Below are positions 46,564 to 57,488 of a stretch of DNA of 64,000 bases, piece by piece. Each line of letters starts with the position of its first letter. Position 1 is the stretch's first letter. Below the pieces are notes generated by a model. That model made no database searches and was not told the DNA's origin. It was given only the letters and a program-made list of their open reading frames with translations. Location of the stretch: assembly GCA_002269645.1 (NCBI GenBank), contig NIVC01004001.1:1-64000 (forward strand), given 5' to 3'. This DNA is from Macrostomum lignano (Eukaryota). A program made the position numbers and the translations under genes.

Positions 46564-48668
46564 ATGAGACAGTGTCCTGATAATCTGGTCTTCTGGCTGG
46601 CGGTAGCGCTGCTGCTGACTGATACCTGTGCCTCTCAGTAAGTTCCCCGCTATCTCGATGTAGATTAATTTTCCCATGTTTCTCATATCTTTCTAAGCAT
46701 CTTCGCTCTGCACTTCAGAGACAGTGCGGTGCCAGTGTGTTCAAGTGAGACGTTTTCTCTGGAATCGGAGACAAGGACGCCAACGATGTTTACAAGGGTA
46801 TCAACTGAAACCGTTGCTAGCATTCTTGACTGTGCAATGCTCTGCAACAAGCGCCCCGACTGTCTGTCGTTTGGATTCTCTGTCGAGGCGTTCGAGTGCC
46901 GAATGTCGAATGAAAATGCCGGAATTCCGGACTCGCGGTTCGTATTTTGTCGGAGAAATTCGGGTGAGCGTAATGTGAAATATATAGCGATAGATTTTTA
47001 CTGAAATCAGATTGAATGTCTTATGATTCATATCATGTCTTTTTTCATGCAGACTCGGCATCATCGTGCAAACACAGCATCTCTGCAACTGATGACGGCC
47101 GCCTGTGGTGCCCCATCCAGCAGCGAGTGAGCGACTCTGTGAGCTTCGAGCAGACTTGGAGCAGCTACGAGACTGGGTTCGGCAACGAACTTAACTTCTG
47201 GATCGGTCTGTTGCTTTTTGTGATGTAAAAAGCTTGTTTAGCACCAGAAAGAGTTCAAATCATGGACTGCTAAAGTACAAGGATGCCAAGACTTGCAATT
47301 CGTGCGAATTCCGTTTGAGGTCGTTTCTCGCTGAAAAAAAGCATCAGGCTAGTCAGTTGGGTACTTTTCAGCTGTCTTGTTCAAGATGCGCTCACAAGTT
47401 TGTCGAGAAAAGTTTGAAAATTTTTTATTTTTGAACTTCTGGTCTTAATGCTAAATTTTTCAGCTAAAATAGGCCTACTTTAGTGTTGTTCGTTCGTCTA
47501 CTTTAATTTGTTTCCAATGTATAAAGGGCCAGAGTATACTCGCGCGCTGCCACCCCTTGGTTCGATTCCGTTGCGCGGCCGCATTCATTTCGGGTTTGTT
47601 GTGCTATTCAAAGATCAAGCGCCGCCTTCAAGATCAGCGACGAGCGAGTCACCAACGCGGCACTCTATCGCCGCGCCGGCCTGGCCCGTCCAAGTGACCT
47701 GCTGCGCCGTCGGCGACTCCAGCTGACAGGTCACATCATCCGCACCGAGTCGTACTGCCCACAGCCGGTGCAGGAGGTGCTGCTGCTCACGCTGCAGGCA
47801 CCCTACCGGCGAGGGCAGGCGCGCACTCGGCGTTTCGTCAACTGCCTGTTGCCTGAAGTCGGCGCCCCGGACTCTGCCGGCGGAGCGGCCTATGTTCGCA
47901 CTCTGGCCTTGAGACGCGCCCTGTGACACAAGAGACTATCCAATGTACTTTGTTGTTTGTTTTTGTTGTTGTTGTGCAATTCACAACCATGAGACCCAAG
48001 CCCCAAGGCACAGAGAGTGTACATCCATGCCTGATGATTAGAAAGTCAGGGCCGCTGTACACCCTGTGTGAGCGCTGTACACCCTGTGTGAGCGAGTGCA
48101 TGAGTGCGTGACTGCGTACAGTATTGGCGCGCCTGTGCTCAGGAGTGAGCGGAACGGGAAGAATTACCGCAGCATCGGTTAGGACGGCTGGGTGTACGCA
48201 ACCCTCCTAAAGTTGTCCACGTTCAAAACATTACCAGGCCTGCTGGACATTCACGAGCTCAGCTCGGTACTGGATGATGGTGTCACTCTGCTGGTTGAAA
48301 TCTTCTCCTGGCACGAGGAGAAGCTGTTTCAAGAGTACTCCAACTTTCGAGTTCAAGACGCCAGATCGAAATATAATATGACTGTGGGACGCTTGGAGCG
48401 GACTCGCTCGAACTTTTTCTACAACAACCTCGGCTATCACAGTGGAATGCGGTTCTCCACGATGGAACAAGACAATGACCTACTGGGTGGCTCCTGCTCT
48501 ACATATTTCCACGGCAACTCCGGCTGGTGGTTCAAGTCTTGCGCTCGAGCAAACCCCAACGGCCTGTACTCCAATTCGGAGGTCAACAGCCCAAGTGCGA
48601 TTTGCTGGATGCGGAACGGCAGCTGGACTTCGGTCAAAGCAACTCGACTGTCGCTAAACATACCTTGA
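46564..48668 (+). CDS. Secreted PAN/Apple + fibrinogen-related domain (FReD) protein, 300 aa: join(46564-46637, 46719-46963, 47053-47205, 48238-48668)
   Basis: Signal peptide LVFWLAVALLLTDTCAS; PAN SILDCAMLCNKRPDCLSFGF...EC; FReD QQRVSDSVSFEQTWSSYETGFG...FWIG|, HSGMRFST.EQDND...C...SGWWFKSCARANPNGLY. Phases 2,1,1 match; total 903 nt. Confidence 0.85.
47995..48170 (+). mobile_element. Second copy of the SINE-like body inside FReD intron 3
   Basis: Similar to 45495-45660. Confidence 0.5.
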
Positions 48669-49765
48669 GCGACGTCACCTCTGAGGCTCTAATCAAGTAA
48701 TGATTGGGATGCTTGGGGTTCAACTGCACTCCTGCAGCCAGCTGTACCCTGTGCAACCTGCGACCGAGCACTGTGTGGTAACAGAACTTGAAAGCCAACA
48801 ATCGCTCGATTCAGTTCACGCATGTAAATCCAATAGTTTAGAGCTAAAATAAACAAACTAAATTTAAACTCGATCTGAACATGATCGAGCTCCTGCTGAG
48901 GGAAACTGTCCACTGCGCATAATTGTGTGTGTGTGTCCAGCTGTGTACGTCTCTCACACGTACTAATACTCGAATGCATGCGTTTCTAGGGGTCTTTGCC
49001 GATGCCTTCCGGATCTCTTAAATGTAGCATTGGTATTAGCATGTAATTCACTATTAGGCACATGCACCTACATATGTAACTGATGAATTGCAACTTCCCG
49101 AAACCTACACGCGATCAGTCTCCGACTGATACAGACTTGAAACTATTATAAAGGCAATCCGAAAAACCAGAAAGAGAATTGAAGGATATCAACACAACTC
49201 AATGCACACAAAGTAATAAAAAGTGAATTATGCTGTGGCGAAATTATCGATAAGATAGGGAGATTATCAACTAAATTTAGAGTGATGGGGATATGCAGCC
49301 CTAGACTGACCCTCGGTTTCCTTGTTTCCTACCCCTGGTTTCACTCTCTCTTGACCCCTAACTTCCCTTGCTTCCAGCTACTACTCGTAGCTTTGCTCCT
49401 TCTTGACCCTTGGCTTCACTCTTTCCTAACCCACAGCTTCCCTCCCATTTGACCCCTGGCTTCCTTCCCTCCTGACCCCTGGCTTCCTTCCCTCCTGACG
49501 CATGGCTTCCCTCCCTTGTGACCTGTGGCTTCCCTCCCTTCTGACCCCTGGCTTCCCTCCTTCGTGATCCGCAGCTTCCCTCCCTCCTGACTCGCAGCTT
49601 CCCTCCTGACCCACAGCTTCCCCCTGACCCACAGCTTCTCTCCCCCTGACCCATAGCTTCCCTCCCCCTGACCCGCAGCTTCAATCCCCCTGACCCGCAG
49701 CTTCCCTCCCTCCTGACCCACAGCTTCCCTCCTGACACGCAGCTTCCCTCCCCTGACCCACAACT

Positions 49766-50770
49766 TTGGACGAGCTGCTTTGTAGCTCAGATCCGGACCC
49801 AGTTCAGAAGGTCGGCTGTACGGACGATGTTACCGCCACTGTGGCTGGACCGTCACACGTAGTCCTCAGGTACCTCCTTCAAGCCTTCATCCACCGTGCC
49901 GAACGCTGGGCACACGGCTGCGGCCTCAGGTTTTCTGAGTCTAAAACCGTGGCTATTATGTTCACCAGCCGCCGAAACTGGAGGATTGAACCGCTCTCCC
50001 TCTATGGCAAACCCGTTGCCATGGAGAAACAAACCAGATGTCTGGGTGTCACCCTCCACCACAAGTTGAGTTGGATCCCGCACGTCCAAACCAAAGCCCG
50101 CAAAGCTCTCGCGACTCTCGCGCAGATCCACAGAGCTTTCGGCGCTACCTGGGGGCCTCACCCCCGCCGCTTCTGGTGGATCTACACTGCCATTGTTAGA
50201 CCGGCGATCTCCGCCGGCTTCATTTGGAACAGTGCCCTAGAGGTAAAAGGGGTTCTTGAGGTTCTAAATAGGGTGCAAGGCCGCGCTTGTCGAGCTATCA
50301 TGAGCGCGACTCCCTCTACGCCCTTCGCTGGCATGAACTCCTTCCTGGACATTCCCCCCCTCGACCTCTTTGTCAGAGGGGAGGCAATGAAGACCACCCG
50401 CCGTCTGCTTGACGCGAGTGTCCCAATCCAGAAGCAGTTCGCCTTCAGAAAGCGGAACCTGCGAGACCTGTAAGCAGCGGGAGGCCTGCTGACCCTCTCG
50501 GATGGAATTGCGTCCACGCTCTCTGGCTCTCTGGCCTCTGGCTACGGCTACTGCATCGTGTCTAGAGGGAGAACTGTGGCGACCTTCTCCCAGCACACTG
50601 GCACCTGCTTCACCGTCTTCCAGAACAAAGTTCTCGCCATCAGCTCCTGCGCCATGGAGCTGTACAATCAGCGCGTCTAGAGGAAGGAGATTACGAGGCC
50701 TGGCCAGAGCCTGGAGTCAGGAGTGCACACTTGTTGCACAACCGGGATGCATCAAACAGATCACAGCTTA
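49766..50770 (+). mobile_element. Decayed non-LTR retrotransposon fragment (LOA/R1/Tad1-like RT C-terminus and RNase H remnant)
   Basis: CTDD (from YADD), GLRFSESKT, LGVTL..KLSW..HV, WGPHP...IYTAIVRP, TPFAGM...LDIPPLDL; RNase H-like TVFQNKVLAI near 50625. Confidence 0.85.
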
Positions 50771-51326
50771 GAGTCACCAATGAGTTTTAAAGTCCATCCT
50801 GATTGATTGTATTCACTGGAATCAATGTGTACTCACTTGTACATGTATAGTCAAGTCATTTGGCTATATTCTGTTACATGTAGAAGTTGTAGCTCATGTA
50901 CTGTATATGATTATCTGCTTGCACATATACATGTACATGTAAGCTCAGTAGATTGTGTAGAGCACAGTTAGCGGGTTTCCATAAGTCACAAATACCCATA
51001 TTGGCATGGCAAAATAATAATGCATCACAACAAGTCATACTTTACACACTATAATGAGTGTGTACACAGTAAATTGATATACGTAATTTATAAATATTCA
51101 AATATGGTAGTATCTCAGTATGCATGTACATCTGCATATGCAAGTCAGGAGGCATACTAGAAGACATCGTACAGCAAACTGTACGCTCGTACGTGTACAT
51201 GTGAGTTGGCGAGTTCCGCGGTGTCAAAATGCCTCAGATGCTCATGATGCAACGATGCCAATCAGTCTCAAAGTATACATGTGGAAAACAAGCGCACATG
51301 ATGAGGTCAGCTCAGTCAGTCCGCAT

Positions 51327-51364
51327 CAGGGACTACTCAATTCAACTCAATTGAGTAGTCCCTG
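51327..51364. mobile_element. 38-bp TIR-only hAT-like element
   Basis: Perfect 16-bp TIRs CAGGGACTACTCAATT, 6-nt spacer, 8-bp flanks GTCCGCAT / ATCCGCAT (7 of 8 identical). Confidence 0.6.
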
Positions 51365-52756
51365 ATCCGCATGTTAATTTAATGTAGTTTCAATTGTACC
51401 CAGATGCTCATCATGGATGCAGATCTACATGCACATGATGCTAGAGCCACATCGAGTCGCGATCAACACCTAACATGCACGTGTACATGAACATGTACAA
51501 TACATGTATGTATGATGCTCTTTATTGTACAATATAGGTGGAAACTGTTGCAGGTATTGTACAATTTTGCATTTAGTCGTAGAGTTCGCGTCCTGGACAA
51601 GCAACTATACGGCCACAGGTGAGTGATTAAGCTGAGTGATCCTTTTACATGTAGTATCAGTCGTGCAAAGAACTTGGACACAGTGGAACTTCTACATGTA
51701 GATGTCCGAGATGCTTGTACAAATGTAAGGAGCGGCAGGAGTCACATGTGGACGCCCGTTCTGTGTGCCATTCAGAATCGCTTCTGTACTTTTATTGGCG
51801 CCTCCCAAGTCTTAATGACCCCCTCGCTACGCCCCTACATTGGCACTATACAGTACACACTAACACCTAACCTCATCTTTTAATGTTGGCATAGCGCTGG
51901 GCGTGATTAAGATTTGTACGAGTGAGCTATTATCGAGAATGGTCCAAAATTCCTTTCCCTTTTGTAATAGCTCAAGATACATGTACGCTCGACTGCTCGT
52001 ACATGTAGATCTTCCAGTATATCTACTGTAAGACCCTGGGTTGAGTTGCAGTGATAACAAAACGTGAGGAGACCTCACTGCATGGCTCACGACAATATAT
52101 TTAATATCAAAGTTGGGGTGGGTGTAACCACCCTAAGCACGCACACGCTGCAGCGCAAAACCCCAACCCAAAACAAGCCAGACGTGCGCATCCAAGTGCA
52201 CGCGCACCAACAAGCCAGACTACACTACAATGCATATATCGATTTTATACACCTTTCTACTCTGCTTATCCTACTGTAGGTACATGTACACGACATTGCA
52301 GAAGTCACACAAGCGCTGCAAGAAATATTTCAATTGTTAAATATAGACAGTAACTGCCTGAAGTTAAACATGTACAATTATGCGCATGGGCTCGTGTACA
52401 TGTGTACAAGCGTACATTATGTAAATGTATGGGGCGCTTTCATCAATAAGACCTCAAGCACATCCGTTGTATTATTTTCTCGCTCATATGCACATCCCAA
52501 TTGTCACCGACCTATCTTCTCTTTGTCCTGCTATGATAAAAATGGCACAAATCAACACTATGATAAAAAAGAGAAAAGAACACAGATAATCTGATTTAAT
52601 AACATTTCCACAAGATTTAGCAACAGTCGCAAAAACTAACCTAACAATTGAACACCTACAAGCTAATTTATGCTTTATTGTGACGAAAATATTAAGTATG
52701 CAGAAGGTATTACATACTCGTGCTCTGCGGTACGACAGTCTTTTGGTCAGACATTC

Positions 52757-53668
52757 CACACTCAGCTACCGCCACCTTCTCACTCTCAGCTACCGCCACC
52801 TTCTCACTCTCAGCTACCGCCACCTTCTCACTCTCAGCTGCCGCCACCTTCTCACTCTCAGCTGCCGCCACCTTCTCACTCTCAGCTGCCGCCACCTTCT
52901 CACTCTCAGCTACCGCCACCTTCTCACTCTCAGCTGCCGCCACCTTCTCACTCTCAGCTGCCGCCACCTTCTCACTCTCAGCTGCCGCCACCTTCTCACT
53001 CTCAGCTGCCGCCACCTTCTCACTCTCAGCTACCGCCACCTTCTCACTCTCAGCTACCGCCACCTTCTCACTCTCAGCTACCGCCACCTTCTCACTCTCA
53101 GCTACCGCCACCTTCTCACTCTCAGCTACCGCCACCTTCTCACTCTCAGCTACCGCCACCTTCTCACTCTCAGCTACCGCCACCTTCTCACTCTCAGCTG
53201 CCGCCACCTTCTCACTCTCAGCTACCGCCACCTTCTCACTCTCAGCTGCCGCCACCTTCTCACTCTCAGCTGCCGCCACCTTCTCACTCTCAGCTACCGC
53301 CACCTTCTCACTCTCAGCTACCGCCACCTTCTCACTCTCAGCTACCGCCACCTTCTCACTCTCAGCTACCGCCACCTTCTCACTCTCAGCTGCCGCCACC
53401 TTCTCACTCTCAGCTGCCGCCACCTTCTCACTCTCAGCTACCGCCACCTTCTCACTCTCAGCTGCCGCCACCTTCTCACTCTCAGCTACCGCCACCTTCT
53501 CACTCTCAGCTGCCGCCACCTTCTCACTCTCAGCTGCCGCCACCTTCTCACTCTCAGCTGCCGCCACCTTCTCACTCTCAGCTGCCGCCACCTTCTCACT
53601 CTCAGCTACCGCCACCTTCTCACTCTCAGCTGCCGCCACCTTCTCACTCTCAGCTGCCGCCACCTTCT
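52757..53668. repeat. 24-bp minisatellite cactctcagct(a/g)ccgccaccttct x38
   Basis: Near-perfect; only one dimorphic position. Confidence 0.97.
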
Positions 53669-56600
53669 CCCGCTCTCCCCGCCTTTTGCGAAAATCTGTT
53701 ATGGCTTTGTGAGTGCATGGCTTTTGTGTTATGGCTATTGGTGACTAGGGAAACTAACGGTGGCCGGCGGTACTACTGCATGCATACAGTACAGGAGCGA
53801 CAAACTTACAAGCCATGGCTAAAAGTAGAACAAGGGTTACAGGTAACCAAAGTTAAAAAGTTGACTGAAAATAGAGCTAAACTGAACCGTCAATTATACG
53901 AGTTTTCCTTTGCTGACAGCTTAAGACAGCTTAATCCTTACAATGACTGTTTCATCCTGAGCTAACTTTTATACTGAAGTACGAGCTACGACAACCGCAT
54001 TGCTGAAGGGTATGGTACGCTTTGCACCGACTGAATGAAGCGTTCGCTCGAGGCGGCTGCTTAAGCGGAACCAGCGGCAGACCCGGCCGCTGCAGCGTTG
54101 CTCGAGGCGGCTGCTTAAGCGGAGCCAGCTGCAGTCTTTCGCCGGTCGCAGCGTTTGCACCTGATGTCAGCGCATCAGCGCACACGGTCGCAAACTTATT
54201 CCAGCTCAGTGTGCACATATAGTAGAAAGCTTGGATAGTTTTTGTAGGTGAACTCCTGCTTGCATGGTGCTAGACCAATCGCGCCAGAGACCATAGCAAA
54301 GATGCCAATGGTTCAGCAGCTGGGCTCTACCGGTAGCTTTCTCTGAAGGACGAATGTGCTTTCAATAAGCTGCGCTGCTCGGTACTAATACGAAAATACT
54401 TTAGCAGGGGGCAGAGCAGCAGGGTAGAGCAGACAGCAGAGGGGCAGAGCAGAGAGCAAAGCAGGGGCAGAGCAGGGGGCAGAAGAGCAGGGAGCACAGC
54501 AAGGGAAGGAGCAAGGTAGAGCAGACAGTAGGAGTCAGAGCAAAAAGACAGAGCAGGGGGCAAAATAGCAAGCCAGGAGGGAGAGAAGCTGCGGGTCAGG
54601 GGAAAGCTGTGGGTCAGGAGGAAGGGAAGCTACGAGTCAGGAGGGAGAGAAGCTGCGGGTCAGGGGAAAGCTGTGGGTCAGGAGGAAGGGAAGCTGCGAG
54701 TCAGAAAGGAGGGAAGCTGTGGGTCAGGGGAATTGGAAAGCTGCGGGTCAGGGAGAGAGAAGCTGTGGGTCAGGGAGAGAGAAGCTGTGGGTCAGGGGGA
54801 GAGAAGCTGTGGGTCAGGGAGAGAGAAGCTGTGGGTCAGGGGGAGAGAAGCTGTGGGTCAGGGGGAGAGAAGCTGTGGGTCAGGGGGAGAGAAGCTGTGG
54901 GTCAGGCGGAGAGAAGCTGTGGGTCAGGGGAAGGAAAGCTGTGGGTCAGGATGGAAGCTGTGGGTTAGGGAGAGAGAAGCTGTGGGTTAGGGGAATTGGA
55001 AAGCTGCGGGTCAGGATGGAAGCTGTGGGTTAGGGAGAGAGAAGCTGTGGGTCAGGGGGAAAGAAGCTGTATGTCAGGGAGAGAGAAGCTGTGGGTCAGG
55101 AGGGGGAGAAGCCATGGGTCAGGAGGGGGGAAGCCATGGGTCAGGAGGGAGGGAAGCCATGGTTCAGGAGGGAGGGAAGCTGTGGGTCAGGGGGAGAGAA
55201 GCTGTGGGTCAGGGGGAGAGAAGCTGTATGTCAGGGAGAGGGAAGCCATGAGTCAGGAGGGAGGGAAGCCAAGGGTCAAGAAGGAGCAAAGCTAGTAGTT
55301 GAAAGCAAGGGCAGTTAGGGGTCAAGAAGGAGCACAGCTAGTAGTTGAAAGCAAGGGCAGTTAGGGGTCAAGAGAGAGTGAAACCAGGGGTTAGGAAACA
55401 AGGAAACCAAGGGTCAAATAGGTGGAAAGCATGGGATTAGGAAGGGGAGCAAAGTATAGGGAGAAAAAGTGTAGTAATACTATTAATACTATTAATAATT
55501 AACTGACACAAGGCTTTTAACTATAGAACAAAATTACTGAAGTGATGAGGACGCACTTCTTTTCCAAATCTCACGCTCGCACATGGGTTCCAAACTTGTT
55601 AGCCTACTAACAGCAGGCTACGGGCATTTTTCTTCTTTTTATGTAATTTTCCTAGAATTCATACTAGTAGGATTTGTGTAGCTATATGGTTTTGCCATAT
55701 TTGTAGTCATTATAACATGGGCGCGGTTTTTCGCTATTTTTGGGGTCATAAATCATTGCTTGTGAGCACGTCTGACAGCCACCTGCGCCTCACTCCGTGT
55801 TGGGGCTGGCGCCAAATGGTCTGTGAGGATAGCTTTTTTCTCATCATTTTTGACAGGCCATCAGATTTATGAGGTCAGAGCCTATTGTATTGTTCGTGTT
55901 CACTCAAGCGTTTGACAGCTCTGACAGCTATGCGTTTTAGCCCTAAAAGTACTTTGGGATTAGCGATTAGCGATTTCTCTTCATCATATTCACCTTCTAC
56001 TTAATAAGATCTTTCTAATGCATATTTTTTCATTGATTTTTGTAATTCCTACGCGAAAAGTCATAAATCATAATTTAGCGATTTCGAGTGATTTTTGACA
56101 ACACCTCAAAAGTGATTTATGACTCAACCTTCGGGCTCCCTGGACTCGACCCACTTTACGTTGACGGCTCCCATTCTGGAGTCACGACCGTTGTCTCTTG
56201 ATCCCCGGATTGCGACAACCCCCCTCATCATCGCAAGGACGTCTCCCCCGGTCGATTGCATCAAGCATCGAGGTTAAGAGCATCACCTTCTTCTAGCTAT
56301 CTGCAGCGATTGTGACAGCATCATCCCGGGCCTACAGCTGCGAAGCACTAAGCCGATTCGGTCACTGTGGATTACCTGGTCTCCGGCTGTTGAGTTTCTG
56401 ATTGGTTGAGTGAGAGGCTACCTAGATTTGCTTGATTAAGTGATTCCTTATCTGTCCCCTATTTAAGTAGCTGGATTGGGCGCACGCTTTTGCTAATTTG
56501 TCCAGTAGTGCTGTTATTGAAGCAGAAATCATTCAATAATACTGTTAATAGTCTAATTTCTCTAACTCAATCTGAGGTGTGAAGTGATTCAGTGAGAAGA

Positions 56601-57488
56601 TTAAATCTGACAGGTTTTGCCATTGCCATGGTTTTATTTCTTTGTTCCCCGATGGCCCAGATAAGGAGCTAAGCTAGTAGGCGCCGGTCACAGTGGAACA
56701 ATGGCAAGGCAGTTCTCAGTCGACCAATCTATCAAATCGGTTAGCAAAATCGCCAATACTGCAAAATCGGCGCTAGAGGTGTACTTCCGTGCACTCTAGA
56801 TTCGCCAAGCAGCTCGGGTGGTGAATCATGCGGTCTCTAAAGCTCGAGTGAGTCTATCATCAGCACTACGAGAGGCTGGTTGGCGCGTTGAAGGCCAAAA
56901 GTGCAATACCTCGTATTTTGCAATGTAATGGAACATGTAGCTACCCCATAGTCTCGCCACTGCAAGTATCTCCAACACAAGTCCCCTCTGTAACCTGCAT
57001 GGCCAATGCGATCAAGTCCCAGCAGGGTCCCTTATCATCGGCTATGACTTCGAGACTTCGAGACACTAGTTGGCAGGTAAGTGCTAAGCCCCTTCTAGTC
57101 GGAAGCCCGATTTCGAAAGTTCCGGTTTAGCTAGTCGGTTACCGTCGGGTGATTGTGTACATTGGGCGAATATACTTTATGTCTATTTAGTGTTCTGTGT
57201 TCTGCAAGACACGGATTTTAACTGATATATCAGTAGACACGATAAAAAAATCAACTACATGAGACTCCGAAAAATTGTAAGTAAAACTGCTTTTCAGATC
57301 CGTAATACTTTTCCAGAAATAAAAGTACATGTAAACTATTACGCGTTAAGCGAAATTTTAAATGCAATGTTTTCTTGGAAATCTACTATTTAACGTGGCG
57401 TGGCAATTTTTTTGTAGACTTTGAAAGGTTTTGTCAAAGAAAAGACACATATCCAGCTAGAGTAAAGCACTCCGCTTTATGTTGCAAC

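Larger units (their letters stand above)
49307..55415. mobile_element. ~6.1-kb region bounded by inverted satellite-bearing arms (49307-49765 vs 54590-55415); foldback-like
   Basis: Unique terminus tgaccctcggtttccttgtttcctacccctggtttcactctctcttgacccc (49307) is the near reverse complement of 55368-55415. It grades into a ~20-22-bp cccacagcttctctccccctga satellite in both arms. Confidence 0.6.

Noticed and set aside
47555-47575. Perfect B-box GGTTCGATTCC (also on the minus strand near 36262-36272) as tRNA genes
   Set aside because: No A-box at a proper distance and no acceptor or T-stem pairing.
52670-53965. 431-aa SHSQLPPP ORF and overlapping frames
   Set aside because: Artefact of a 24-bp unit without stops; several frames are open; no splice or signal context.
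56130-57130. GC-richer islands upstream of CYP20 resembling decayed coding sequence
   Set aside because: No recognisable motif in any frame I translated; probably old TE debris but unsupported.
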